From positions 384,001-448,000 of the forward strand of contig OY969807.1 of assembly GCA_963703285.1 (NCBI GenBank): a stretch of DNA of 64,000 nucleotides, given 5' to 3'. This document shows positions 10,298 through 20,635 of the stretch, in pieces. Source of the stretch: an uncultured Nitrososphaerota archaeon. GTDB taxonomy: Archaea; Thermoproteota; Nitrososphaeria; Nitrososphaerales; Gagatemarchaeaceae. Under the pieces are notes generated by a model. That model saw nothing but the letters and a program-made list of their open reading frames with translations. It did no database searches and was not told where the DNA came from. Both the position numbers and the translations under genes were made by a program. Position 1 is the stretch's first letter, and the number at the start of each line of letters is the position of its first letter.

Positions 10298-10921
10298 TCA
10301 ATCAGCCGTTTTCTGTCTAGCGACTCTAGCCCTGCTCTTCTTATCTCTCATGATCCTGGCCTCGATGATGCCTTCGGTGATTCTGCTGTAGGTTATTCTG
10401 TATGGATACTGTGACAACAGACCTTTGAGGAATTGCTCTGCGCATTCTGTCGCCTCAAGAGAGGGACCCGCCCCCAAGATGCGAATGGATATGACCATTT
10501 TATCGGTAGTCGCACTGACCGGCTCAAACTCAACCCTCTTGACCGGGAGATATCCCTGCAGGTCAAAAAGTCTCGGAATCAAGTCTTCGAAATCAGGAAA
10601 GCGCAGCTTCAGGTAGGAGCCAATCTTCGCACCTTCATCATACATCGCCTCCAGCAGCCACTTGCTGTCCACTGAATACATCCTCTTCACTATCTTCTCT
10701 ATCAGAACGCCTGGAACTGGCAAAGAGTCAGTGTCTTTCAGGATCCGGCCGAAGTCCCAAGATGAGTATATCTCCTTGGTGGACCCCCCATCGTCACATA
10801 TCTTCAGGACATCCGCGAGGGACTCGTTTGCGAGCCCGTACAGAGTCTTGTTCTGCTTCTCCGCTTCCCTCGCAAGGGAATCGGCGACTGCTTGATCGAC
10901 GGCGATGCTCGTCCTGGCCAT
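10298..10921 (-). CDS. Putative regulator, N-terminal ribbon-helix-helix plus ligand-binding-like domain
   Basis: MARTSIAVDQAVADSLAREAEKQNKTLYGLANESL fits an RHH pattern. Confidence 0.55.
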   Translation of the reverse strand: MARTSIAVDQAVADSLAREAEKQNKTLYGLANESLADVLKICDDGGSTKEIYSSWDFGRILKDTDSLPVPGVLIEKIVKRMYSVDSKWLLEAMYDEGAKIGSYLKLRFPDFEDLIPRLFDLQGYLPVKRVEFEPVSATTDKMVISIRILGAGPSLEATECAEQFLKGLLSQYPYRITYSRITEGIIEARIMRDKKSRARVARQKTAD

Positions 10922-11250
10922 TGTTCAGTTGTCACCGCTCCCTTAGATAAGGCTAGGAGGGGCAACACCCTTTACGCCAGCTGGGAACTCACTTAGGTGG
11001 CGCGCGCCTACCTAGTGGAGCACTAGGGCAGAACGCGAGGATTCAGCTCCTGCTTCAGCCCCTCTCCAGAAGTCAGACGACCATCGGAATCTCCGCGTCC
11101 CTGCTCTGCATCATCCCGAGCGGATAGATTGGCGACTGGCGACCCCCGAGTGTCGAGCCTGTACGCATAACGAGGTGATCGGTATCTCACAACTGAACCT
11201 GTTCGGGAGAATGTGTATATATGTCTACGAGGACAAGGTTTTGGTTACGA

Positions 11251-13230
11251 ATGTCAACAGGGCAAAACGGCAGCGTGAGCGGTAAGATTACGAGGCGAGG
11301 CTTTGTCAAGGGGGCGACCGCGATAGGAGCGGGGGCCGCGGCCCTGTCCCTGATCAGACCGACCCTGGCCGAGACTCAGACGAACGAAAAAGTGGCGAAG
11401 AGGAGGTCCAGGACCCCGGCCAAGATGCTCCCGGCGAGGACCCAACCTACGGTAATTCCAGCCGATACGGGTGCACGGGCGCTCGTCGAGGCGACGACGG
11501 CGCTGGGACTGAACTATTGGCTGCTGAATCCAGGTACCGACTGGCCAGCCCTTATCGATGCTATGGCCGGGATGATCGGATCCGGGGAATCACCAGCCCC
11601 CAGAGTGATGCCTGTACCACACGAAAATGTCGCTACCGAGATGGCTGGAGGATACGCAATCGTGAGCGGCAAGCCAGCGATCATTGGGTACCACGTGATC
11701 GTCGGTCCGGCGAACGCTCTTGCGCACATCGAGAACCTCTTCACCGCACAGATACCCGCGATCATAATCGACGGAAAGAGGTCCTGGACGGAGACGGGCT
11801 ACCTGCTCTCCGACCAGGGGCCGCAGGGCCAGGACACCTACGACCAGGGGGGCCTACTCAGACCCTTCGTGAAGTACGACTACGAGTTCAAGACCATAGA
11901 TCAGATTCCTGAGGTCTTGGCCAGGGCCACGCAGATTGCGATGACCGATCCCAAGGGACCGGTCTACCTGATGCTCCCCTGCGAACTGGGCGCGATGCCT
12001 ACCACGAGCGTGACGATTCAGCCGCAGGAGCTCTTCACTCCGTCCGCCCCGGCCGCCCCGGACCCTGTCTGCATAGGCCAGGCAGCGGAGCTTCTCGCGA
12101 ACGCCCAGAACCCGGTCATATTCACCGGAGGTGGTACGACCGGTCCAGGCATCGGAAGGATCCCCGCCGCCGTTCCTCTTCTGGTCGAGCTCGCAGAGCA
12201 GCTTGCGATTCCCGTGAGCCCCGCTCTGGGAGCGTACCTCAACTTCCCCACCAACCATCCGATGGCAACGACGATACCGCTCTCTAAGGCTGACGTCATA
12301 ATGTACATCGACGCTCCCGCACCGTGGAGCACGGCGTCAGCGGGGATAGTCCCGAACGCAAGTGCAAAGTACATCTCCGTGGCGAGCGAGCCTCTCTTCG
12401 TCGACTCGTACCCCTTCGATGCCTTCTACCCCGCAGACGTGCGCATAACAGCGCGTCCTGACCTGGCCCTCAGTGCCATCCTTCAGCAGACCACCGACAT
12501 CCTGAGCACGAGCCCCAGCCTTCAGTCCTCGATACAGGAGAGGTACGCGACGTTAGCCGCCGCTTCCGCCAAGGCCGCGCAGACCGCCATCGCAACCGCC
12601 CAGGGTTACTCGAACACGACGCCGATCAACGACAGCTGGTTCGGATACTGCGTAAGCCAAATCATCGATTCCAACACCATCTATGTGAATGAGATAGGCC
12701 CCCCGACATCGACCTTCGCGTTGACGCAACCCGGCACCTACATGGGGAACATGCCTTCCGCAACGCTGGGTGCAGGACTTGGGCAGGCCCTGGGGGCGAA
12801 GCTCGCATCGCCTCAGAGCACAGTCATCGCAGCAGTGGGCGACGGCAGCTACATGTACGGCGTTCCGGGGGTTGCCTTCTTCGCCGCAGCGAAGCACAAC
12901 CTGCCGTTCCTAGCCCTGGTTGATGCCAACACCTGCTGGCGCGCCGTGAAGTCGGCCCTCCTGAGCGCGTACCCCAAGGGCCATGCGGTCACCTATGGAT
13001 TGAGTGACCTGGGGACCGACCTCTATCTGGGTCCGCTTGGGTCGGGTGCGGCCGGCACCACAGCATCGCCCCCGCCCCACTACGAGATGGAGTGCGAGGC
13101 CTCCGGAGGCTACGGCGAGATGGTGACGGACCCCACCGTGCTTCCCGCGGCGCTCCAGAGGGGACTCACCGCAGTCAAGAACGGCCAAGCAGCGTGCCTC
13201 AACGTAGTCACGTCTCATCCTGGTCCGTAG
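11251..13230 (+). CDS. ThDP-dependent enzyme (acetolactate synthase/benzoylformate decarboxylase superfamily) with twin-arginine signal
   Basis: TRRGFVK + hydrophobic stretch; NPGTD, PHE..A..MA.GYA, GDGS...N ThDP motif. Confidence 0.85.
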   Translation: MSTGQNGSVSGKITRRGFVKGATAIGAGAAALSLIRPTLAETQTNEKVAKRRSRTPAKMLPARTQPTVIPADTGARALVEATTALGLNYWLLNPGTDWPALIDAMAGMIGSGESPAPRVMPVPHENVATEMAGGYAIVSGKPAIIGYHVIVGPANALAHIENLFTAQIPAIIIDGKRSWTETGYLLSDQGPQGQDTYDQGGLLRPFVKYDYEFKTIDQIPEVLARATQIAMTDPKGPVYLMLPCELGAMPTTSVTIQPQELFTPSAPAAPDPVCIGQAAELLANAQNPVIFTGGGTTGPGIGRIPAAVPLLVELAEQLAIPVSPALGAYLNFPTNHPMATTIPLSKADVIMYIDAPAPWSTASAGIVPNASAKYISVASEPLFVDSYPFDAFYPADVRITARPDLALSAILQQTTDILSTSPSLQSSIQERYATLAAASAKAAQTAIATAQGYSNTTPINDSWFGYCVSQIIDSNTIYVNEIGPPTSTFALTQPGTYMGNMPSATLGAGLGQALGAKLASPQSTVIAAVGDGSYMYGVPGVAFFAAAKHNLPFLALVDANTCWRAVKSALLSAYPKGHAVTYGLSDLGTDLYLGPLGSGAAGTTASPPPHYEMECEASGGYGEMVTDPTVLPAALQRGLTAVKNGQAACLNVVTSHPGP

Positions 13231-13623
13231 AGGCGTTCAAAGGAGAGCGACCGCGATACGGTCGCCTTCCTTTCCCTCCCGTGTTTTGATTCTCCTCCTA
13301 GGCTGCCATAGCAGAAATGGAGGGCGATGGCACGCACGATGTCTTCCTGCCTGCCAAGATGAGCGGCCACGCTTGGCGCTTCAAGTCTAGAGAGGCTGCT
13401 GGAGTGGCTCGCTTTCTTTGCTAGTAGTGGTGGAGGATGAGGCGTCGCGGAAGACGGAACGTCCGGCGAGACCCAACCGATATCCTCGATACAGCGCTGG
13501 TCTTTGCGCTCCTGCTTCGTCTCCGGTACTTGTCGGGTCGCTCGGAACTCGCCAGTCCCCGACCTTCGGTTGTTTGCGGGGTCGCGGCAGCGTCGAAGGC
13601 CAAGGCGGTAAGAACACCTCGCG

Positions 13624-13710
13624 CTAGTGTTCAATGGGTTCCTTAAGGTTCGACTGGAACCCGAGCCTCCTGAAGGCTGGCCCGGCGGCGTAGATGATGG
13701 CGAACGCTAC
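13624..13710 (-). pseudogene. 3' remnant of a paralog of the ECF S component at 8595-9209
   Basis: Encodes VAFAIIYAAGPAFRRLGFQSNLKEPIEH* versus VAFGIVYAAAPAFRRLGFKSNLQEPKES. Confidence 0.8.
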
Positions 13711-13712
13711 TG

Positions 13713-13918
13713 CTCTCGAGAGAGAATTCCTCAAGCGGGGTGTTTGCGAAGCCAATATTGTCGGTGGAAAGTCTGACAGCGGTGTAATTGACGCCGACGA
13801 CCAACGCCTTTGTGGTGATTCGTCTCGTATTCTTCCCCAGTCTCTTCAGCACGTCCGACAAGGTGTCCTTCAGTGACCGACGCCGTAGACAACTCCGCTT
13901 CAATCTGCCCTGGCGCAA
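13713..13918 (-). pseudogene. N-terminal fragment of a DUF364/DUF4213-like protein
   Basis: LVVGVNYTAVRLSTDNIGFANTP resembles the DUF4213 N-terminus; truncated. Confidence 0.45.
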
Positions 13919-14039
13919 ACTTGGGCCGCTTCATCCCGTCGAAGAACTTGGTCCTGCTCTCTCAGGATTCCTGACTTGAGAACGCTTCGACGACTCGGGA
14001 CTTAATTCGTTCCGTTCCGAACCGCCGCCCACGGACGCT

Positions 14040-14459
14040 CTATTGAGTCTTGGTAAGTGTCTCGCGTGTGAACCTGCCGTCCGCCCTCACCCGCGGCAGC
14101 CGCTCCAGCCTCGTAGCGTACCATCCGACCTGCTCCGCCGGCCTCGAGTCGAACTCCGGGACGTAGGGCTTGATGTCCAAAAGGGGAGTCCCCTCGACGA
14201 CGTCCAGATCCTGCACATAGAGCCGCCCACCGCGGACGCTCCTGAGCGTCACCACCGAGATGCCGATTGGGTTGGGCCTCACCGGAGCCCTGGTCGAGAA
14301 TATCCCGTACTGCTTCACGTCCAAGAAAGGCCGGTTCCTGATGGTCACTTCGGTCACACCTGCCGCCTTGGCTATGTCCCGGGCGGGGAAGTATATGCGC
14401 TCCTTCATCCTCTTGTCTGGCGCTGGAGAACGCGGCTCTGGCATCCATGGCGACTTCAC
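14040..14459 (-). pseudogene. trmO: C-terminal half of TrmO (TsaA) joined to a TFB C-terminal HTH fragment
   Basis: PFLD...GIFSTRAPVRPNPIGISVV...LDVVEGTPLLDIKPY preceded by RDIAKAAGVTEVTIRNR. Confidence 0.7.
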
Positions 14460-14530
14460 TTGTTTGCCTGCAACGACGCCAAGGTGGCGCAGTTCGGCCT
14501 GAGGGTCGCCGATGCCTGCTCTGGGGAGCC

Positions 14531-16168
14531 CTAGGCGGGCATCCTGACCTTCTCCGTCGTCTCCCGCCCTGACCGCGCTATGGCAGCCTTCATGAATGCG
14601 ACGAAGATGGGCTCGGGTGCCTCCGGCCTGCTCGTGTACTCCGGGTGGAACTGCGTCCCCATGAAGAACGGGTGGTCCTTCAACTCGAGTATCTCGGCCC
14701 TTCTTCCCCCATCGCTGAACGCTGAGAAGTGCATCCCGTTCTCCTCGAACCTCTGGGCGTAGCTCTGGTTGAGCTCGAATCTGTGCCGGTGCCTCCCCCT
14801 TATCGTCTTCTTGCCGTAGACGTCGAAGGCCATGCTCGGGCGGAGGATGGATATGTCGTGACCGCCCAGTCTCATCGTTCCGCCGAGGTCCGAGACCTGC
14901 CTCTGCTCTGGCAGGAGGTCAATCACCGGGTCGGGCGTCAGGGGGTCTATCTCCGTCGAGTTGGCCGCCCTGAGCCCCAGCACGTTCCGCGCGAACGAGA
15001 CTATCGAGAGCTGGAAACCGAAGCAGAGCCCCAGCAACGGTATATCGGCCTCCCTGGCGAAGTTCGCAGCCGCAATCTTGCCTTCTGTCCCCCGCTTTCC
15101 ATAGCCCTGCGGGAGCACCATCCCGTCCGCCGACTCGAGGACCTTCAGCCTCGAAGGTTCGTCCTCGAACTCCTCGGACTCTATCCACCGGATGTCCACT
15201 CCCACGTTCCTAGAAGCGGCGGCGTGGTGGAGCGCTTGGTTGACGCTGACGTAGCTGTCCATGAGCGTCACGTACTTGCCCACCATCGCAACCGTGACCG
15301 TATCCCGGAAGTCGACGAACCTCGACGCAGTCTGTTTCCAGCCGGCGAGGTCGGTCCTCCTGGGTCTCATTCCCAGGTGTGCGAAGACGGGCCTCAGGAC
15401 TCCCTCGTCGTACAGGATCTCGGGGACCCTGTATATCGAGTCGACGTCGGGGTCAGAGATGACGCTGTCCATGGGCACGCTCGTGAAGAGGGCTATCTTC
15501 TCCCGAGCCTCCTTGGGAAGCCTCTTCGTCCCCCTGACGAATATCAGGTCCGGCTGGATCCCGATGCGTCGCAGCTCCTGAACGCTGTGCTGGGTCGGCT
15601 TCGTCTTCATCTCGCCGACGACGTCGATTTGCGGGGCGAGCGTGACGTGGACGAAGAGCGTGTTCGCCTGGCCGTCCTCGAGCCTCATCTGCCTGAACGC
15701 CTCGATGAAGGGCTGGCTCTCTATGTCCCCTACCGTCCCCCCGCACTCGACCACGACAACCTGGGCCCCGCTCTTAGCGGCCACCTCCCGTATCCTCCGC
15801 TTGATCTCGTCCGTCACGTGGGGTATGATCTGGACGCACTTTCCAAGATACTTCCCCCTCCTCTCGTCCTCTATGACCTTCCTGTAGACCTGGCCTGTGG
15901 TAAGGTTGTTCTCCTTGCTCACGTCGACGTTGAGGAACCTCTCGTAGTTGCCGAGATCCATGTCTGCCTCGCCTCCGTCGTCTGTCACGAAGACCTCGCC
16001 GTGGGCGATGGGGTTCATCGTCCCTGCGTCGAAGTTGAGGTACGGGTCGATCTTCATGCAGGTGACCGTAAGGCCCGAGAGCTGCAGCAGCTTCGCGAGT
16101 GACGATGACGTGATACCCTTTCCGAGGCCCGACATCACCCCGCCGGTAACAAAAACGTACTTCGGCAT
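14531..16168 (-). CDS. pyrG: CTP synthase
   Basis: [37 protein letters not shown]; true start is ATG 16168. Confidence 0.97.
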   Translation of the reverse strand: MPKYVFVTGGVMSGLGKGITSSSLAKLLQLSGLTVTCMKIDPYLNFDAGTMNPIAHGEVFVTDDGGEADMDLGNYERFLNVDVSKENNLTTGQVYRKVIEDERRGKYLGKCVQIIPHVTDEIKRRIREVAAKSGAQVVVVECGGTVGDIESQPFIEAFRQMRLEDGQANTLFVHVTLAPQIDVVGEMKTKPTQHSVQELRRIGIQPDLIFVRGTKRLPKEAREKIALFTSVPMDSVISDPDVDSIYRVPEILYDEGVLRPVFAHLGMRPRRTDLAGWKQTASRFVDFRDTVTVAMVGKYVTLMDSYVSVNQALHHAAASRNVGVDIRWIESEEFEDEPSRLKVLESADGMVLPQGYGKRGTEGKIAAANFAREADIPLLGLCFGFQLSIVSFARNVLGLRAANSTEIDPLTPDPVIDLLPEQRQVSDLGGTMRLGGHDISILRPSMAFDVYGKKTIRGRHRHRFELNQSYAQRFEENGMHFSAFSDGGRRAEILELKDHPFFMGTQFHPEYTSRPEAPEPIFVAFMKAAIARSGRETTEKVRMPA

Positions 16169-16219
16169 ATAGTCACCCCAATCATCAAGTATATTGGCTT
16201 TGTTGTCGAGGAGGTTCGC

Positions 16220-17260
16220 TCTGTTATCCTGAAATTGGTTCACCCCCTTGCCATCAAGATTAGAGCGAGGTGGGTATGGAACAGGGGAAGACGCTTCTAC
16301 GTCTACATGAAGCTCGATCCCATCAAAGTAGCGTGGATCGTCAGGCAGAAGGAGGACGGGATGAGGAACTCCGCGATAGCGAGCTCGATGGGGGTCTCGG
16401 TGAGGAGGGTCCAGGAGCTCTACGCGTCCTATCGCACGACAGGTGCGATACCAGAGCTGAAGAGGCCGGGAAGGAAGCGCGTCGAGGCGACTGAACAAGA
16501 GTCGAAGGTCGTCGCAGAGGCCTACGCAAGGCACAGGGCGGGAGCGGTCGTCCTCGAGCGCGTCATCGAGGTTAACTACGCGACGCACATACCTCACAAC
16601 CGCATCCACAGGGTGATGAGGTCGATGGGACTCGCGAGGGACGAACCGAGGAAGCAGAGGAGGAGGAAGTGGGTACGATACGAGAGGAAGTACTCGAACT
16701 CGCTCTGGCACACGGACTGGACCCTCATCGAGGGTATGGGATGGCTCATCGCATACCTTGACGATGCCTCAAGGTTCATCGTCGGGTACGGGTTGTTCCC
16801 CGAGGCGACGTCGGAGCACGCCGTGGAGGTGCTGAAGGAAGCCATCAAGAAGCACGGGAAGCCCGCCTCGATCCTCACGGACAGGGGAATACAGTTCTAC
16901 GCCGTGGAGGCTGGCGACAGGCTGAGGGGGCTGACGGCGTTCGAGAAGTACCTCATCGAGAGCGAGATCAGGCAGGTCCTATCGAGGGTGTCACACCCGC
17001 AGACCAACGGGAAGGTGGAACGTTTCTTCAGGACGGTCAAGGACAAGCGCCGATTCTTCGGCAGCATCGACGAGCTGATGGAGTGGTACAACGTGACGAG
17101 ACCGCACATGTCGCTGAACCTGGACGTCATCGAGACCCCTTACCAGGCATACCTGAGGAAGATGCCCGACAAGGAAGGGATGGTGACGGACGAGGAATCG
17201 GGAGAGACATACCATGCCCAGAAGAGCTAGAAAGGGGCGAACTCATTTCGGGATAGCACA
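16220..17260 (+). mobile_element. IS481-family insertion sequence
   Basis: Imperfect ~30-bp terminal inverted repeats (TCTGTTATCCTGAAATTGGTTCACCCC / TGTGCTATCCCGAAATGAGTTCGCCCC) and a 15-bp direct repeat GTCGAGGAGGTTCGC at 16205-16219 and 17261-17275. Confidence 0.92.
16307..17230 (+). CDS. IS481-family DDE transposase
   Basis: N-terminal HTH; WHTD, LDDASR, ILTDRG.QF, HPQTNGKVERF, YN..RPHMSL. Confidence 0.93.
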   Translation: MKLDPIKVAWIVRQKEDGMRNSAIASSMGVSVRRVQELYASYRTTGAIPELKRPGRKRVEATEQESKVVAEAYARHRAGAVVLERVIEVNYATHIPHNRIHRVMRSMGLARDEPRKQRRRKWVRYERKYSNSLWHTDWTLIEGMGWLIAYLDDASRFIVGYGLFPEATSEHAVEVLKEAIKKHGKPASILTDRGIQFYAVEAGDRLRGLTAFEKYLIESEIRQVLSRVSHPQTNGKVERFFRTVKDKRRFFGSIDELMEWYNVTRPHMSLNLDVIETPYQAYLRKMPDKEGMVTDEESGETYHAQKS

Positions 17261-17440
17261 GTCGAGGAGGTTCGCGGGCCGAGCCCTCAGCTCCATTAAC
17301 CTCTCACACTTGGCTCCCTCAAGCCCTCTCCAAACACGAGCCGGCCAGGCGCAGCAATTGACCATGCGGTTCGAAGACGCATGCTGCATGCGCCGACACC
17401 GACATATCAACTGGTGCCCGGCGGTGCAGGAAAGGATAAT

Positions 17441-18517
17441 ATGATTGCGCTCATTCGCGTAGGCATGTTAATACTAAATGCGCGAAGTTTATTAACACGA
17501 CCCTGCCCGTCTACCAACGCGCGTAGACAATCCATAGTCCTAGTCGCCGTCGCTCTGGCCGTGATAATCGTGGTGGGTACGGGCGCAGGCTTCTACCTCG
17601 CGGGTAAGCCGGGAGCCTCTCCGTCAACGAGTTCGAGTGCGCCCATCCAGGTGGTCGCCGCCGAGAACTTCTGGGGCAGTCTTGTTTCGCAGCTCGGCGG
17701 TGTCCATGTCAACGTGACGAGCATCGTCTCCGATCCCAACACGGACCCGCACACGTACGAGGCAAACCCGGCGAACGGCATAGCTATCACCAACGCCCAG
17801 TTCGTGATCGTCAACGGCGCTGGCTACGACACCTGGGCGCTCGACATCCTGGCGGCCGAGAACACACCGGGTCAGGTCGTGCTGAACGTCCAGGAACTCA
17901 TCAACCAGTCGGTGGACGCGAACCCGCACTTCTGGTACAGCCCGTACTACGTGAACGACACGGTGGCGGCCATGTACAAGGACCTCGTCAAGATCGCCCC
18001 GGCGGACAAGCCCTACTTCACCCAGCAGTACGCCAGTCTAAACGCGTCGCTCTGGCAGTCTTACATGGCTCAGGAAGCATACATCAGGCAGAACTTCGGA
18101 GGCGTCACGACCCTGGCGCCAGACGGATCGCAGGACTACTGCACCGGAAAGTGCACGCCGGTGGCATCCACGGAGAGTATCTTCCTCTACATGGCAAACG
18201 CCACGGGCCTCCTCGTCGTCTCTCCGAGCGCGTTCATGTCTTCGGTGGCCGAGGGGAACGACCCTCCAGCGCAGAGCGTTGCCCAGTTCGAGAACCTCCT
18301 CGCCGGCGGGAACACAACCGTCAGGGTGCTCGTGTACAACGAGCAGACGGTCACGCCACTCACCCAGACTATCAAGGCCATGGCCGCCGAGAATCAGATT
18401 CCATTCATCGGCGTCACCGAGACGATACAGCCCGTGAACTACACCTTCCAAGCCTGGATGCAGGGCGAGCTCGCAAGCCTGACGAACGCTCTCAACGCTG
18501 AGGCTCTGGGTCAGTAG
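17441..18517 (+). CDS. znuA: Zn/Mn ABC transporter substrate-binding protein (start uncertain)
   Basis: VVAAENFWG, DPHTYE, NPHFWY, YNEQT. Confidence 0.88.
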   Translation: MIALIRVGMLILNARSLLTRPCPSTNARRQSIVLVAVALAVIIVVGTGAGFYLAGKPGASPSTSSSAPIQVVAAENFWGSLVSQLGGVHVNVTSIVSDPNTDPHTYEANPANGIAITNAQFVIVNGAGYDTWALDILAAENTPGQVVLNVQELINQSVDANPHFWYSPYYVNDTVAAMYKDLVKIAPADKPYFTQQYASLNASLWQSYMAQEAYIRQNFGGVTTLAPDGSQDYCTGKCTPVASTESIFLYMANATGLLVVSPSAFMSSVAEGNDPPAQSVAQFENLLAGGNTTVRVLVYNEQTVTPLTQTIKAMAAENQIPFIGVTETIQPVNYTFQAWMQGELASLTNALNAEALGQ

Positions 18518-18560
18518 CGGTGGCATTCACATATAACCCCCAAGGGCCGTTGCGATTTCA

Positions 18561-19355
18561 GTGTCTTCTAGCCTCATAAGCGCCCAGAACCTTGCCGCGG
18601 GCTACAGGGACAAGACCGTCTGGCGCGGCGCGAACTTCGAGTTCGGTCGCGGAGAGTTCGTCGCCGTGATAGGTCCCAACGGCGCGGGAAAGACGACGCT
18701 CTTCCGTCTGCTGCTCGGTCTGCAGCCCCCCATGGGAGGATCGCTGAGAGTCTTCGAAGGACCACCCAGGCGGGGAAGCCCACGGATAGGCTACGTGCCG
18801 CAGCGACACGTGATAGACAGCGACACGAGAATAGAAAGTTTGGAGCTCGTGCGGCTGGGGCTCTCGGGCATGAGGTGGGGTTTCAACCCGAACCCCTTCT
18901 CAGGCAGCGAGCGCGATGCGGGCTTGGGGGTCCTCGAAAGGGTAGGCGCGACGGAGCTGGCCCATCGTCCCCTGGGCGCGCTGTCCGGGGGGGAGCTGCA
19001 GCGGATATTCCTCGCCGAGGCCCTGGTGAGCAAGCCGGACATACTCCTGCTCGACGAGCCCCTTTCAAACCTCGACATGAGGCGGGAGACCGACCTGCTG
19101 CACCAGGTCAACAGCGTCGTGCGCACCCAAGGGGTGACTGCTCTGCTGATAGCCCACAACATCAACCCGCTGCTGCCCCACCTCGACAAGGTCATGTACA
19201 TAGCGAACGGGAAGGTCGCCACTGGGAAGCCCAGCGAGGTCCTGACGTCCGAGAGCCTAACGAGGCTGTACGGTATCCAGGTCGAGGTGCTCCGCGACCC
19301 GCACGGCAACGTCGCGATCGTCGGGGTCGAAGAACACCACGGTGACATGCAATGA
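18561..19355 (+). CDS. znuC: Zn/Mn ABC transporter ATPase
   Basis: GPNGAGKT, GYVPQ, LSGGE, LLLDEP. Confidence 0.9.
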   Translation: MSSSLISAQNLAAGYRDKTVWRGANFEFGRGEFVAVIGPNGAGKTTLFRLLLGLQPPMGGSLRVFEGPPRRGSPRIGYVPQRHVIDSDTRIESLELVRLGLSGMRWGFNPNPFSGSERDAGLGVLERVGATELAHRPLGALSGGELQRIFLAEALVSKPDILLLDEPLSNLDMRRETDLLHQVNSVVRTQGVTALLIAHNINPLLPHLDKVMYIANGKVATGKPSEVLTSESLTRLYGIQVEVLRDPHGNVAIVGVEEHHGDMQ

Positions 19356-20242
19356 GCGGATGCCCACTCGTTCCCTTCAGTCCAAACATCATCGCCGACC
19401 TGCTGCACATGACGTGCTTCCAGTTCATGCGAGACGAGTTCGCGGCGGGGATACTCACCTCGATCTTCGCGGGTGTCACCGGCTACTTCGTGGTCCTCCG
19501 CCGGTCGGCCTTCGTGGCGCACGCCTTCTCCGAGATAGGGTTCGCAGGAGCGGCCGGAGCGGTCCTCTACGGCATTCCACCCATCGGAGGTCTCCTCCTG
19601 GGGTCAACCCTCGGCGCGCTGGCGATAGCTGCGCTCGGCCGCCGGGCGACCAACCGCGACACCCAGATCGGGATAGTCCTCGCCTTCTCGCTCGGCTTGG
19701 GGCTCCTATTCATCAGCCTGTACACAGGCGGCTACGCCCAGGCAGCGTACTCAATCCTCTTTGGGGAGATCGAAGGGGTCAGCGCTGGCCAAGTCTACCT
19801 CACAGCCGGTGCGTGCGTGGGAATCCTCGCCGTAGTCGGCTTGCTCTACCGCCCGCTGCTCTTCGCGTCGCTGGACGAGGACGTAGCAGAGGCGAAGGGG
19901 ATGCCGATGTTCCTTCTGGGCACTGTGTTCATGCTCGTCGTTGCAGTGGCCGTTTCGTTCGCAGTCCAGGTCACCGGCGTGCTGCTCATATTCTCGCTCA
20001 TGGTCACGCCCGCGGCTACGGCGCAGTATCTCTCGCGGAAGGCGAGATGGGCAATCCTCATCTCGGTGGGAATCGCCCTCCTGGCGACGGTCGTGGGCGT
20101 CTTCGTCTCGTTCTACACCCAGCCTCCTGTGAGCTTCTACATAACGGGCATAGTGTTCGCCCTCTACATCCTTGTCAGGTTGACGAGCTGGGCAACGACA
20201 TCAAGAAAGCTCTCGGCAAGAGTGCTGCAGACTGGCTGCTGA
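19352..20242 (+). CDS. znuB: Zn/Mn ABC transporter permease
   Basis: GYFVVLRR..FVAHAFSE, ILFG, ASLDEDVAEAKG, TPAATA. Confidence 0.9.
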   Translation: MSGCPLVPFSPNIIADLLHMTCFQFMRDEFAAGILTSIFAGVTGYFVVLRRSAFVAHAFSEIGFAGAAGAVLYGIPPIGGLLLGSTLGALAIAALGRRATNRDTQIGIVLAFSLGLGLLFISLYTGGYAQAAYSILFGEIEGVSAGQVYLTAGACVGILAVVGLLYRPLLFASLDEDVAEAKGMPMFLLGTVFMLVVAVAVSFAVQVTGVLLIFSLMVTPAATAQYLSRKARWAILISVGIALLATVVGVFVSFYTQPPVSFYITGIVFALYILVRLTSWATTSRKLSARVLQTGC

Positions 20243-20368
20243 TTCGAAGAGAATGGAGCCGCGACTTTTCAGGGCCGTTCGTGCATGGCCACGGCACTAA
20301 AAAAATTGAAAACGAAAGGGTAGACGGAACGAAGTTCCGTCTAATGCTGGGAGACCGACCGTCTCGGT

Positions 20369-20635
20369 CTACATTGTTGTTGCTTCTACCTTAGTGGCGC
20401 TGGCGAACCGTGGGCCGACTTGCGTGATCTTGATCTTGGTCTTCTCACCCTGCTTGCCTCCCGCCACAAAGATGACAAAACCGTCGATCTTGGTCACTCC
20501 ATCGCCCCGTCTGCTCGTCTCGGTAATGGTGACTTCGTACTCCTTTCCGACTTCCACTGGCTTGGGTCCGTTGCTTGATGGGCCGCTGCCAAAGCGAGAT
20601 CGTCCGTAACCACCTCCGCCTTGTCCGTAACTCGT
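20369..20635 (-). CDS. Single TRAM-domain RNA-binding protein; apparent ACG start
   Basis: (M)SYGQGGGGYGRSRFG...PKPVEVGKEYEV.I...SRRGDGV.KIDGFVIFV; SD-like GGAAGTGA 7 nt before ACG; in-frame TAG upstream. Confidence 0.85.
   Translation of the reverse strand, partial: TSYGQGGGGYGRSRFGSGPSSNGPKPVEVGKEYEVTITETSRRGDGVTKIDGFVIFVAGGKQGEKTKIKITQVGPRFASATKVEATTM

Noticed and set aside
10988-11020. Imperfect hairpin upstream of the RHH regulator
   Set aside because: Single GC-rich inverted repeat with no supporting copy
11150-11225. Possible TPP riboswitch before the ThDP enzyme (GAACCTG motif)
   Set aside because: No CUGAGA element or P1-P5 pairing could be built
16169-16711. 180-aa N-terminal extension of PyrG in the ORF track
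   Set aside because: Antisense read-through of the IS481 transposase; the conserved N-terminus starts at 16168
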